A stretch of DNA of 17,400 nt from Promethearchaeota archaeon. GTDB lineage: Archaea > Asgardarchaeota > Lokiarchaeia > Sigyniarchaeales > SOKP01. The translations under genes and the position numbers were made by a program. Positions within the stretch are counted from its first letter, which is position 1; each line of letters opens with the position of its first letter. The notes under the pieces were generated by a model, which worked only from the letters and a program-made list of their open reading frames with translations, had not been told where the DNA came from and did no database searches. The stretch is taken from NCBI GenBank assembly GCA_048938855.1, contig JBHLLT010000043.1, positions 1 through 17,400 of the forward strand, read 5' to 3'. Shown one piece after another: positions 16,590-17,400 of the stretch.

Positions 16590-17399
16590 ATGGATGAATT
16601 AACAGAAAATATTAGAAAGAATATGCAAAAAATTAAACATAAAATCGTAGTTATTTCTGGGAAAGGTGGAGTAGGAAAAACCACAGTGGCAGTAAATCTT
16701 GCTATGAGTTTGGTAAGTGTTGGATTAAGAGTTGGAATTTTAGATGTAGATATAACAGGACCAAATGTTTTAAAAATGTTAGGTATTAATCCAAATCTTA
16801 AACCTAGAGTTGATCCCGAAAAAAAGAGATTTTATCCAGTACACGGGCCGTTGAATCTTAAAACAATGAGTATGGCATTCCTCATTGAAAGCTCAGATTC
16901 ACCTGTTATTTGGAGAGGTCCAATGAAAATGAGCGCTGTACGACAATTTTTGGGCGAAGCGATCTGGGGTGAATTAGATTATTTAATTTGTGATTTACCA
17001 CCAGGAACTTCTGATGAAACTCTAGACATACTGCAACTTATACCCGATGAGAATGTAATCGTCGTCTCAACTCCTCAGGAGGTAGCATTAATGGATGCCC
17101 GAAAAACTATTCGAATGGCTCAAATAATGGAAAGAAAGGTATTAGGATTAATTGAGAATATGTCCGGTTTTAATTGTCCTCATTGTGGAGAATATATTGA
17201 CTTGTATCCTCCAGGAGGAGTAGAAAAAGCAGCTCAAGATTTTGGTATTCAGCTTTTAGGTAAAATTCCTTTTGAAATAGAGGTAAGCCAACAAGGGGAT
17301 CAAGGACTACCCTTTATAATAAAATATCCAGAGAGTGAGTCAACTAAAGCTTTTAAAATTACTGTTAAAAAGATTCGTGAAATACTAGAAAAAGATTAA
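16590..17399 (+). CDS. mrp: Mrp/NBP35 (ApbC) Fe-S cluster carrier ATPase
   Basis: SGKGGVGKTT, DVDITGP, PVIWRGPMK, WGELDYLICDLPPGTSD, STPQEVA, ENMSGFNCPHC; the true start may lie upstream (see findings). Confidence 0.92.
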   Translation: MDELTENIRKNMQKIKHKIVVISGKGGVGKTTVAVNLAMSLVSVGLRVGILDVDITGPNVLKMLGINPNLKPRVDPEKKRFYPVHGPLNLKTMSMAFLIESSDSPVIWRGPMKMSAVRQFLGEAIWGELDYLICDLPPGTSDETLDILQLIPDENVIVVSTPQEVALMDARKTIRMAQIMERKVLGLIENMSGFNCPHCGEYIDLYPPGGVEKAAQDFGIQLLGKIPFEIEVSQQGDQGLPFIIKYPESESTKAFKITVKKIREILEKD

Positions 17400-17400
17400 A

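Noticed and set aside
1-17400. CRISPR arrays, tRNA/rRNA, transposases
   Set aside because: No regularly spaced repeats, GC-rich structural RNA or transposase motifs seen.

Overview
Very AT-rich archaeal DNA (GGTGA/GGAGG Shine-Dalgarno sites, F420-binding FrhB genes, UGA-recoded HdrA), most consistent with an Asgard/Lokiarchaeia-type anaerobe; the taxonomy is an inference. The left 11 kb is a redox locus. It has a partial hdrA-mvhD-frhB operon and a convergent hdrA that the ORF track splits but that reads as one 678-aa selenoprotein with two in-frame UGA codons at conserved Cys positions. It also has a second frhB and an operon encoding a winged-HTH-HdrA-MvhD fusion plus a group-3-like [NiFe]-hydrogenase (small and large subunits). 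That operon is the standout. The HdrA part is fused to a DNA-binding domain and has lost key bifurcation and cluster residues. The large subunit ends exactly at DPCxxCxxH (no processing extension) and has Gln in place of His after the N-terminal CxxC, both hallmarks of bacterial H2-sensing hydrogenases. Together this suggests a possibly undescribed archaeal H2/redox-sensing transcription complex built from Mvh-Hdr parts. The right 6 kb is an orange-protein (orp)-like Fe-S/metal cluster: three NifB/NifX proteins, OsmC, a polyferredoxin, DUF134, two ferredoxin-MinD ATPases and Mrp. A shared TGAATA-N2-TATTCA palindrome lies upstream of each NifX-family gene.
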